IMG/VR virus record: IMGVR_UViG_2687453388_000001
Reading direction: 5' to 3' (one strand)
From: an uncultured virus (IMG/VR IMGVR_UViG_2687453388_000001)
Taxonomy: Duplodnaviria > Heunggongvirae > Uroviricota > Caudoviricetes
Length of the DNA: 64,000 bases
Positions 1-8,589 of this stretch are shown here, piece by piece; positions within the stretch are counted from its first letter, which is position 1; each line of letters starts with the position of its first letter. The position numbers and the translations under genes were made by a program. The notes under the pieces were generated by a model, which saw only the letters and a program-made list of their open reading frames with translations, searched no databases and had not been told where the DNA came from.

Positions 1-504
1 GTGCCTATTTTTGTATTAAATGTAATAAATGAAAAGTTTATATGTATACAGAAAGACTATATGGTAATATATTCAATTAACGAGAAAAAGAATATTAGAA
101 AGATATTTTATATTATTTTGGGGACTGAATTAATATTTTATATTTTGGGACAAATTTTTTTTCAAGGAATTAATTATTTTATAACAGGTGAAGTGTATTT
201 AATTAGTATTAAGTTTAATGTATTAACAATTTTAGAAATTCTATCTGCAAGTTATATAGTTCTATCTATTTTATTACTATTAAAAAAGGATTTGTTTACT
301 TATATAAACTATTACATTTTATTAATGGTACTTTTAGTAGTTAATAGTGGATATATTACATTTCCGATGACTATAAAAGTTTTAAGTTTACTACAACATG
401 ATTATATAAAACTACTACTATCAAGAACATTTTTGTTTTTGTTAACCTTCTTTATTTTTAAAATGTCTCTTAAAAGATATAGTAGTAAATTTTATGGTGG
501 ATAA
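1..504 (+). CDS. Multi-pass membrane protein, probably 5'-truncated by the window edge
   Basis: Very hydrophobic ORF with several TM-like stretches; very AT-rich; no upstream context visible. Confidence 0.5.
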   Translation: MPIFVLNVINEKFICIQKDYMVIYSINEKKNIRKIFYIILGTELIFYILGQIFFQGINYFITGEVYLISIKFNVLTILEILSASYIVLSILLLLKKDLFTYINYYILLMVLLVVNSGYITFPMTIKVLSLLQHDYIKLLLSRTFLFLLTFFIFKMSLKRYSSKFYGG

Positions 505-506
505 TA

Positions 507-836
507 ATGGATAAATTGGCATATATTGGAGTTATAAATCATGATGAAAATGTTGAATATCCATTAAATTTTTCCAGTGATGGTATTTATGAAGTTGTTT
601 GTAAATTTAATGGTGGATGTGAAATAAAAATCAAATCAAGTAATTATATAGATGCTCATGAAATTCATAAAGATTATTATAAATTTCACATTAATGTTTT
701 TCTGCCAATTATTGGACTAATAGGTTTAGTATATGGGGTAAAGGAAAAGGATAAGTTGTTTATGGCATTAAATATCCTTTTGATTTTATTACTTCCTATA
801 ACAATGTTCGTAGGTCATCTAGTAGGATCTCCTTAA
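507..836 (+). CDS. Hypothetical protein with C-terminal TM segments
   Basis: ATG follows the stop of the previous ORF; hydrophilic N-half and two hydrophobic helices at the C-terminus. Confidence 0.4.
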   Translation: MDKLAYIGVINHDENVEYPLNFSSDGIYEVVCKFNGGCEIKIKSSNYIDAHEIHKDYYKFHINVFLPIIGLIGLVYGVKEKDKLFMALNILLILLLPITMFVGHLVGSP

Positions 837-1308
837 GTAATATAATAAGCTTAGAGTAAAATTTTGTAAATAATCTTAAAAAGATATAAGTTTATCTGCT
901 TATAGCATTTTATCTCTCCACTTCCTTCCCATAAGTGATTTTCATAGTTTTTCCTATACTGAAAAAGGTCAGAAAATTCTTCTTTATTCAAAGAATGCTC
1001 TTGCATAAGGGTATTCTTTTTTATTGCAACTTATCGAGTCTGATTAATATTTCTTTTATGTTTGGTAATATTTTATAGATTTCTAAAATTTCATTAGTAG
1101 CTATTTTATAAATAGAAAGTTCGATATAATACTTCTCTGTAAATTGGTTTTATTCAGTTTTTTTACATTTTTATACTTCATGATGTAAGATCTTTATTTC
1201 AGTTTCAATTTTTTAAAATTTATTCAGTGGATGTTGTATATCATAAGAAAATAACTAGCTTTAAATCAATTTCTCCAAACCTAGATTTTATATCTACATC
1301 TATTTATT

Positions 1309-2289
1309 TTAGTACAGATAAGATTGAGCGATTACATCAATACGATTATGTCCTAAGTATTTGCTGGTTATTAACATAGCTTTTCGATCTAATATTTCTC
1401 CAGCTCTATCATTTCTCATGATGTATCTTTCTCCTCCTTCTGAAATTAAACCACCAGGTATTTCATCTATTGGTCTTGCATAATGATTATAAATTCTCTT
1501 GGCGTATACTGCTCTGTAGTGGTGGTTGTCATAATGAGAAGGTAATTTTGGTGCTATTTTAAGCTCTCCAGCTTCTTTAAAAATATTTATTATTTCATCT
1601 GTTTCTTCTTTATCTTTGCCCATGATTAAAGCTAAGCGTTTTTTTCCACCTTTTCCTTGTCTAACTTTTACATAATATTTTCCGTTGATTTCTTTTAAAT
1701 CAACCCCTCTTACAGCTTCCATTTCTTTTTTTCTTAATCCTGTAGAGCTTGTTATTTTAGAAAATTTTCTTTCTAGCTCTTCTGATATGTGTTTATCTCT
1801 TTTAGCTTCATATCGACTTCTTTTAATTGATTTTCTTGTCCTTGGAGCTGTCGCTATAAAGTTTGTAGATGATGTTCTTAAAACCTTTGCTATAGCTGAT
1901 TTAGATGTGCTAATTGAGTAAGCAGATAAGTCTTGATTTGTTAAGTTTTTCAGATATTCATTTACGTGTTCTGTTTTAACTTGTTGCATTTTCTTTATTT
2001 CAGGATAATTTTCTTTCAAAAATTCTGCAAATTTATAACATTGTTTTTTGTATGTCTTATAAGTTGTAACGCTATAAATTTTATTTATTGTTGTAGTTGA
2101 TAAATCATTTTTATCGTCATTTCTTGATGTACTCATACCATCATTTAACATTCTTGTTAATCTATCATAAATCTGATTTTTTAAAATGTTTTTTTGCTTT
2201 CTTTTATCCCATTTTTTAGTTTTTTTCTTTTCTTCATCTATTATTCCAAATTCTTTGTTAAAAGCTTTGTTTGTGATATTAAAAGACAT
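1309..2289 (-). CDS. Tyrosine recombinase-fold protein (candidate atypical relaxase or resolvase)
   Basis: Catalytic pattern TGLR...GKGGK...HHYRAVYA...LGHNR...SY (R-K-H-R-H-Y); N-terminal IYSxxTxxxY core-binding-like region; RBS AAAGGAG upstream. Confidence 0.8.
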   Translation of the reverse strand: MSFNITNKAFNKEFGIIDEEKKKTKKWDKRKQKNILKNQIYDRLTRMLNDGMSTSRNDDKNDLSTTTINKIYSVTTYKTYKKQCYKFAEFLKENYPEIKKMQQVKTEHVNEYLKNLTNQDLSAYSISTSKSAIAKVLRTSSTNFIATAPRTRKSIKRSRYEAKRDKHISEELERKFSKITSSTGLRKKEMEAVRGVDLKEINGKYYVKVRQGKGGKKRLALIMGKDKEETDEIINIFKEAGELKIAPKLPSHYDNHHYRAVYAKRIYNHYARPIDEIPGGLISEGGERYIMRNDRAGEILDRKAMLITSKYLGHNRIDVIAQSYLY

Positions 2290-2440
2290 AGAATGCTCCT
2301 TTCAAATATATAACTATCTTTTTAAAATTAAAGCTCTTAAAAACGATTCTAGAGCCTTATTTGTTACTCTAATTGTTAAGACTAAGCTTTTTATACTACC
2401 GAGTCCGTAGAAGCTTCTAAGTTGTCCAATCTAAGACAAA

Positions 2441-2508
2441 ACACATTTTTTAAAGAGCTTGGCTTGCTCTAAAGTACACATTTTTAGATTGATAGCTTGG
2501 CTTGCTAT
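2441..2508. repeat. Two tandem units ACACATTTTT...AGCTTGGCTTGCT, each forming a small hairpin (candidate oriT or binding site)
   Basis: AGAGC-TTGGCTT-GCTCT (2454-2470) and ATAGC-TTGGCTT-GCTAT (2492-2508): identical 7-nt loops with compensatory stems. Confidence 0.6.
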
Positions 2509-2749
2509 TTAATGCTTTTGTAAGTGAATTCCTACACTATACATTTTTTTACATACTTAAAATTTTTGCTCTATAAATCTTTTTTATTTTTTTCTTACTT
2601 CATATTTTGCGACTTCCTCTCTTTGTTTCCTCATTTTTGATCACTTATCTTTTTTATTTTCTCCATACCATCAATCTTCTATTTATAATTTGTCAGAAAA
2701 GGTTCTTAATAACAAAAGAGTTTAAAAACTTATCCTTGGTAAATACCCT

Positions 2750-2792
2750 AAATCTGTTTATACGTCCATAAATGGACCGTATAAACAGATTT
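2750..2792. repeat. Long near-perfect inverted repeat upstream of the rep-like gene (candidate origin)
   Basis: AAATCTGTTTATACGTCCAT-AA-ATGGACCGTATAAACAGATTT, with one bulge. Confidence 0.7.
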
Positions 2793-2884
2793 TATTTATT
2801 GGAAATCCTGTGTAGAAAATAAAAATATTAAATTTTCTGACATATAAGAGATAGATTAAAAACTTTCTTTTATATGGGGGAATT

Positions 2885-4039
2885 ATGAAAATAGAAAAAA
2901 ACATCTTAGTAAGATATGAGAAATTTCAACGCATTGGCTTTGATAGAGTGAAATTTAAGAATGTAAGAGTTACCGAGTATGAGATTAATCACTTAATAAG
3001 CTTATATCAGAACTCATATGGAATAACGAAATTTAGTTATTATAGAAAAGAACTGAAATCCATTCGAATTGAAAGGGGAGGAATTGGGCGATTGGAGATA
3101 AGAAGAGAGAATTGTTGCAACATAGATTGTGGCTTATATGCAAGAATAGATTTTTCGCCAACGGACATTCTAGGACAAAATATAGAAAATTTTTCTTTAG
3201 AAGAATTAAAAGATGTGGTTGTGGAAATTAAAAATATATTATACGAAGATTATAAAATTGAGATAGACATATCAAATGTCATTTTTAACTATTGTGAAAT
3301 TAACTACAATTATTTAACGACAGGTAATACTAAAGATTTTGAAGACCCATTACGTACTCTGGTTAGATTTATCCCGTATATGAAAATTTGCATAGATATT
3401 GAAAACCATAAAGAGAAAGACGGCTATGAATCCAAAACAATAACAGCACAAAATCAACGACATAAAATTACATTTTATGATAAATTAAAAGAAACAAAAA
3501 AGAAGCATAAAAATAAAGAAATCGTCATCGTTGATGAAAATGGAGAGATACTAAATGGGAGTATTTATAGATATGAGCATACAATAAAAAAAACAGATAA
3601 GTTTAAAGATTTTTTTGAAGAAACAAATCTTTTTAATTTAAATGAAGAAGTGTTTCGTCAAAAATTATTCTTATATTTAGAAAAAAATCTTTTTAAGCCA
3701 TATGAAAAGCAAAAATTAATGTGTAGAGACCTTCTTGTGAAAGCCGTTAAAAAATATAGGGAAAAGGATCGAAGAGGAAAAGAGTGGGGAAGCTTAATGA
3801 TTAGCGATATCCTAATTCAAGAAAGGCAATTAGGTTATCAAATACTTTTTGATTCAGATGATTTGTTAGAAATTGTTAGTGAAGTTTTTTTAAAAGATAA
3901 AAACAAAGGGCGCATTTTAGGATATATAAAAAGACTGTTATGCAAGGAGCCGTATCTTTATTATTCTAAAAATAAAAAAGAGAAAGTTGAAAATTTAGTT
4001 TATAGTATAAAAAGTCAATTTCATGACCTCATTAAATGA
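2885..4039 (+). CDS. Putative rolling-circle replication initiator (Rep_trans/phage CRI-like)
   Basis: Motifs CEINYN, ITFYDKLKE and YRYEHT resemble the YDK..E / RxE signature of Rep_trans-type initiators; adjacent hairpin. Confidence 0.5.
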   Translation: MKIEKNILVRYEKFQRIGFDRVKFKNVRVTEYEINHLISLYQNSYGITKFSYYRKELKSIRIERGGIGRLEIRRENCCNIDCGLYARIDFSPTDILGQNIENFSLEELKDVVVEIKNILYEDYKIEIDISNVIFNYCEINYNYLTTGNTKDFEDPLRTLVRFIPYMKICIDIENHKEKDGYESKTITAQNQRHKITFYDKLKETKKKHKNKEIVIVDENGEILNGSIYRYEHTIKKTDKFKDFFEETNLFNLNEEVFRQKLFLYLEKNLFKPYEKQKLMCRDLLVKAVKKYREKDRRGKEWGSLMISDILIQERQLGYQILFDSDDLLEIVSEVFLKDKNKGRILGYIKRLLCKEPYLYYSKNKKEKVENLVYSIKSQFHDLIK

Positions 4040-4261
4040 GGATAGAAGTGATATGTATTGTGAAAAAGGATAGATATTCGATTGGTGTAAGTAGTAGAAT
4101 TTAAAGAAAGTATTACTCTCTTTAGTTAGTGTAAAAGATAAGTAGCAATCTCTTATAATAATAGGAAGAATTTTCAATGACGACAAGTTTGTTATTGGAT
4201 ATTAATTCTGACATATAAAGACTGTAAGAAGTAACTATATATATTAGGAAAGGAAATTATT

Positions 4262-4618
4262 ATGATATTAGAAAAAGAAGAATTGTTGGATAAGGTTTTT
4301 AAAAGTGTAGTCATGAATATTATGTCGGTAGAAAAATCTATTTTAAGTGAAGAAGTGTGGCTAGATGTTGGAGGACACTATTATTGTGTAGATGGCGTCA
4401 GAGATATTTTACTAGAAAGAGAAGGTGAGTCACTTCAGTACTTTTTAAGCGATATGATAGTAACCATAAGATGCTATGCAGAAGTTTATGGAAGTTTTGA
4501 TATAGAGCTTGATTTAGAGAGTATAGGCTTTAAAAACTTCATAAAGTTGTCCCATTTGTTTAATGAAAAATTCTTTAATAACTGGCATAGCTTTGTGTAT
4601 GAGATCCAAAGAGAGTGA
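4262..4618 (+). CDS. Hypothetical acidic protein
   Basis: RBS AAGGA, 118-aa ORF, upstream TTCTGACATATA motif. Confidence 0.6.
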   Translation: MILEKEELLDKVFKSVVMNIMSVEKSILSEEVWLDVGGHYYCVDGVRDILLEREGESLQYFLSDMIVTIRCYAEVYGSFDIELDLESIGFKNFIKLSHLFNEKFFNNWHSFVYEIQRE

Positions 4619-4643
4619 CTAAAAAATTATAATTAAATCTAGT

Positions 4644-4687
4644 AAAAATAAAAGCTTGAGATTGTCTAACCTCAAGCTTTTATTTTT
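4644..4687. terminator. Bidirectional intrinsic terminator
   Basis: AAAAATAAAAGCTTGAG...CTCAAGCTTTTATTTTT between convergent genes. Confidence 0.8.
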
Positions 4688-5283
4688 TAATTCACAGCTA
4701 AATCATCCACTATTAAATCCTCATAGTCAACTGTAATTTCATCATAATTTTTCCTTGCAGAGACTAGTATTGCCGATACGAAAACAAAGTCATTTATTTC
4801 GAGCGAAACATCATTTACACGCATGTTTTTAGAGTATTGAAGTGTAATTACTTGCTCTCTATAGTCTCGCACTTGAATCGTAATCCAATTATTGAACTCT
4901 TTGATGCTTAAGATAGAACCGCTAAGAAAAACTCGTGAAAATGGGTTTTTAAAAGAAAAACCTATATTTTCTATTTCAAAGGCTTCTGATAACAAAGTGT
5001 TCTCTAAGACTATTTTTTCACCAAGAAAATACTGTTCTTTTCTACCTTCATATAAATAGGGAATGACAGGGCTTTTCACAAAACCTGTAATATAAACAGT
5101 TTGATTCATTTTAAAATCATGAATATCTATAGATTCAAAGTATACTTTCATATAATTTGGCTCTCTTTTCCCATTAATAAAGATTGTTAAGTATGGATTT
5201 CTTTCCTTAAAACCTCCTTTTCCTACAATCCTTCCGCGGCAATAAAACTCGTTTAATAGTGGAATTTTCCTATCTTTTTTCAT
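4687..5283 (-). CDS. Putative tandem OB-fold single-stranded DNA-binding protein
   Basis: Two halves each starting with an SSB-like strand (NEFYCRGRIV / SRVFLSGSIL) and containing V.I.G-type strands (TVYITGFV / FVFVSAIL); RBS AAGGAG. Confidence 0.45.
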   Translation of the reverse strand: MKKDRKIPLLNEFYCRGRIVGKGGFKERNPYLTIFINGKREPNYMKVYFESIDIHDFKMNQTVYITGFVKSPVIPYLYEGRKEQYFLGEKIVLENTLLSEAFEIENIGFSFKNPFSRVFLSGSILSIKEFNNWITIQVRDYREQVITLQYSKNMRVNDVSLEINDFVFVSAILVSARKNYDEITVDYEDLIVDDLAVN

Positions 5284-5423
5284 TTTTTACTCCTTTCTTC
5301 AATTAACTATTGAATATATGCATTAAAAGATTTTCAATAAAAAAGTCTGTGTGGAGAAAAACACGAATCAATACTTTTTTCTGACATATACAAGGTGAAA
5401 TCAAAATTAGGAGGCAATTTACC

Positions 5424-5597
5424 TTGTATAATAAAAATAGCGTAAAAGATTGTTCTTATGAATTAGATGGGTTGGCACGTCTCTTACAAGAATTAATAGA
5501 AAAGTATGCAGATCAGTTAGATTTTGAAAAATTGGAAGTACCGCCAAGATGTTCAGAAAAAAATAAAAATGAGGATAATATTAATTCATCGGATTAG
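5424..5597 (+). CDS. Small 57-aa protein upstream of the serine recombinase (absent from the ORF track)
   Basis: RBS AGGAGG at 5409-5414, TTG start, MYNKNSVKDCSYELDGLARLLQELIEKYADQLDFEKLEVPPRCSEKNKNEDNINSSD. Confidence 0.55.
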   Translation: MYNKNSVKDCSYELDGLARLLQELIEKYADQLDFEKLEVPPRCSEKNKNEDNINSSD

Positions 5598-5606
5598 GTT
5601 ATTGTA

Positions 5607-5636
5607 TTGACTTTTATATTATGATTTATGTAAAAT
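5607..5636 (+). promoter_or_regulatory. Putative sigma-A promoter of the recombinase
   Basis: TTGACT-18 nt-TAAAAT. Confidence 0.45.
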
Positions 5637-5684
5637 ATAGGTATAACTATAACGTGAAAATATGTCCAAACTAAAGGTGGAAAA

Positions 5685-7358
5685 ATGAAAAATAAAAAGG
5701 CGTATGTATATACAAGAGTGTCAACATCTATGCAAATTGACGGTTACTCACTTGATGCTCAGGAAGAAAGAATAAAACAGTATGCAAAAGCTTATGGTAT
5801 AGAAATAATAGAAACCTATAAAGATGCTGGAAAATCAGGAACATCTATTTCAGGTAGAAATGAATTCATAGCTATGCTTAATGATATAGAAGCTGAAAAA
5901 GATAAAGTTGATTATGTAATGGTTTTTAAATTATCTAGATTTGGAAGAAATGCAGCGGATGTATTGCAGTCATTGCAAGTCATGGAAAATCATAATGTAA
6001 ATCTGATTTGTGTTGATGATAGTTTAGATAGTTCTAAAGATTCTGGAAAGCTTGTTATAACAATTCTATCGGCAGTAGCAGAAATGGAACGTGAAAATAT
6101 ACTTTCTCAAACTATGGAAGGAAGGAAACAAAAGGCAAGAGAAGGAAAATGGAATGGTGGTTTTGCTCCAATTGGCTATTCATTAGATAATGGAGAATTA
6201 GTTGTTAATGAAGATGAAGCTAAAGCAGTAAGGATGATTTTTGATTTATATGCTAATTCAGATATGGGAGCCAATGGAGTATCTAAGTATTTAGTTTCTT
6301 TAGGTATTAATAAACCTATAAGACAAAATGGCAAGAATCCATATTTTTCAGCTAGTTTAATAAGACAAATATTGGATAATCCTGTATATAATGGGAAAAT
6401 TGCATATGGAAGAAGAAAAACAATTAAAGATAAAACTACTGGTAAAATTAAATTAGAAAAATCTGATCATTATATTATAGCTCAAGGAAATCATGAAGCT
6501 TTAATTGATGATGAGTTGTGGAATACAGTACAGGAAAAAAGAAAATCTCAAGCTAAAAAGTATGAGAAGATAAATAGAGGAAAAGATGAGAGAGTTCATA
6601 TCTTATCAAATCTAATAAAATGCCCATATTGTGGTGCTGGTTTGTATGGAAACAAAAGCCGTAAACGTAATAAAAACAAAGAAGGAGAGCATTACAAAGA
6701 TTATTACTATTACGGTTGTAAACATAGACAAATGATGAATGGACATAAATGTACTTTTAATAAACAAATTAGAGCTGAATTAATTGAAAAAGAAGTTGAA
6801 ACAATAATTACTCAAGTAGTTAGTAATCCTACTTTTGCCAAAAAAATTGAAGAAAAAATCAATATTCAAATAGACACAAAAGAAATTGATGAAGTTATTA
6901 ATAAGCACTTAGCGAAGATTAGGCAATTAACAGGTACAAAAGCATCACTAATTAATCAAATAGATTCTTTAAATTTTGAAGATAAACATTATGATAGAAA
7001 ATACACCGATTTAAATCTTAGACTTGATGCTATATATGACCAGTTAGAATATGCAGAAATGCAGTTAAATGATAGCAGAAAAAGGAAAGAGGCAATTCTT
7101 GAAGAAAAAATAACCTCGGATAATATTTATAAGATTCTTGTAAATTTTAATAGCCTTTATACAGTTCTTTCAGATATCGACAAGAAGAGATTACTTAACG
7201 AAATGATAGAAGAAATTCAAATTTATGACGAAAAAACAGAAAAGGACACTTGGATAAAATCGGTTGTTTTCAAGCTTCCGCTTATAGATAATGAGATTGA
7301 CTTTGGTTTGGACAATAAAGATAATGTCGAGTGTGTTGCTCTGCTTGTTAAAGCCTAG
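5685..7358 (+). CDS. Large serine recombinase (integrase)
   Basis: YTRVST catalytic motif, SRFGRN, recombinase domain, zinc ribbon CPYCG...YYGC...C, coiled coil. Confidence 0.95.
   Translation: MKNKKAYVYTRVSTSMQIDGYSLDAQEERIKQYAKAYGIEIIETYKDAGKSGTSISGRNEFIAMLNDIEAEKDKVDYVMVFKLSRFGRNAADVLQSLQVMENHNVNLICVDDSLDSSKDSGKLVITILSAVAEMERENILSQTMEGRKQKAREGKWNGGFAPIGYSLDNGELVVNEDEAKAVRMIFDLYANSDMGANGVSKYLVSLGINKPIRQNGKNPYFSASLIRQILDNPVYNGKIAYGRRKTIKDKTTGKIKLEKSDHYIIAQGNHEALIDDELWNTVQEKRKSQAKKYEKINRGKDERVHILSNLIKCPYCGAGLYGNKSRKRNKNKEGEHYKDYYYYGCKHRQMMNGHKCTFNKQIRAELIEKEVETIITQVVSNPTFAKKIEEKINIQIDTKEIDEVINKHLAKIRQLTGTKASLINQIDSLNFEDKHYDRKYTDLNLRLDAIYDQLEYAEMQLNDSRKRKEAILEEKITSDNIYKILVNFNSLYTVLSDIDKKRLLNEMIEEIQIYDEKTEKDTWIKSVVFKLPLIDNEIDFGLDNKDNVECVALLVKA
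7326..7358 (+). other. Probable att junction: rumA-like 3' end (VECVALLVKA*) in frame with the recombinase
   Basis: GTCGAGTGTGTTGCTCTGCTTGTTAAAGCCTAG encodes VECVALL, typical of the C-terminus of RlmD/RumA methyltransferases (...HVEcV.LL). Confidence 0.65.
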
Positions 7359-7382
7359 AACTCTTTGATAAATGGAAATAGT

Positions 7383-7409
7383 AAAAAGCCTTAATTTTAA
7401 GGCTTTTTG
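7383..7409 (+). terminator. Intrinsic terminator
   Basis: AAAAAGCCTTAA-TT-TTAAGGCTTTTT. Confidence 0.75.
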
Positions 7410-7879
7410 TCGTATGTAGGGGAAGTATCAGAGTGAGAGTTTAAGCTGAGTATCTTGATGTGATAGCGTGATTGAGAGAGTATTTATTTCCATAAACCCT
7501 AGGGGTATGGACTTGTTTCCATAGAAGAAGAGTTTGTGGAAATAAACATACCCCCTAAATTATTACCTAGATGGTCGTTGAAGTTTGAGTTCTATATATT
7601 GATACTATATATTTTAAATTTAGTATTTTTAAATCAGTAAAATAATATCCTTATTTTAAAATTTAGAGAAAGATAGTATAATAATAGAAAAGAAGAGAAT
7701 TCGTGGATGTTAATAAATATAATCTTATTTACAATCAGAATATTGCTGAGAATAGTCACTGTCTTTTAAAAGCTTTATTCGTAAAAGATATAGAAATATA
7801 ATATTTTTTTGAAGAGGTAAAGGAGAAAATAAGACCTGTTTAATTTAGAGTACTGATAAATCAGAATGGAGATGATTTT

Positions 7880-8398
7880 TTGCGAACATACTACAATAAA
7901 GAAGAACTAAAAGCTGAAATAGAGAAAACATTTGAGAAATATATTTCAGAATTTGATAATATTCCAGAAAATTTAAAAGACAAGAGAGTTGATGAAGTTG
8001 ATAGAACTCCAGCAGAAAACCTTTCATATCAGGTTGGATGGACAAGTTTGGTTCTTAAATGGGAAGAAGATGAAAGAAAGGGGCTTCAAGTAAAAACACC
8101 ATCGGATGAATTTAAATGGAATCAGCTTGGTGAATTATATCAGTGGTTCACAGATACCTACGCTCATTTATCTCTGCAAGAGTTGAAAGCAAAATTAAAT
8201 GAAAATATTAATTCTATATATGCAATGATTGATTCGTTGAGTGAAGAAGAATTATTTAAACCACATATGAGAAAATGGGCTGATGAAGCGACTAAAACCG
8301 CCACTTGGGAAGTATATAAGTTTATTCATGTAAATACAGTTGCACCTTTTGGAACTTTTAGAACTAAAATCAGAAAATGGAAAAAAATAGTGTTATGA
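7880..8398 (+). CDS. ClbS/DfsB (DUF1706) family four-helix bundle protein
   Basis: DRTPAENLSYQVGW, FKWNQLGELYQWF and FIHVNTVAPF motifs. Confidence 0.8.
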   Translation: MRTYYNKEELKAEIEKTFEKYISEFDNIPENLKDKRVDEVDRTPAENLSYQVGWTSLVLKWEEDERKGLQVKTPSDEFKWNQLGELYQWFTDTYAHLSLQELKAKLNENINSIYAMIDSLSEEELFKPHMRKWADEATKTATWEVYKFIHVNTVAPFGTFRTKIRKWKKIVL

Positions 8399-8589
8399 AT
8401 TATATTTTTTTACATAAACAAAGTATAAATTTCTAATTATCTTTTTATATTTTCTTAAATGCTCGTAAAGCCTTATTCTATGTGCTTTCGAGTATTTTTA
8501 CTGTAGGAAGATACTTCACGTTTCTTTGCATATTTCCTCATGTCTTAGCTGTCAGAAGTGGTAAATAAGTAGTAAATTCATTTGTACTA

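Larger units (their letters stand above)
1..7358. mobile_element. Right part of an AT-rich integrative (probably mobilisable) element with a serine integrase; left end lies outside the window
   Basis: Markedly lower GC than the rest of the window; serine recombinase at the right end ending in a rumA-like C-terminus; Rep-like, SSB-like and tyrosine-recombinase-like genes; shared TTCTGACATATA motif. Confidence 0.7.

Noticed and set aside
1309..2289. Tyrosine recombinase as the integrase of the left element
   Set aside because: It is internal to the element, whereas the serine recombinase abuts the att-like junction; not formally excluded
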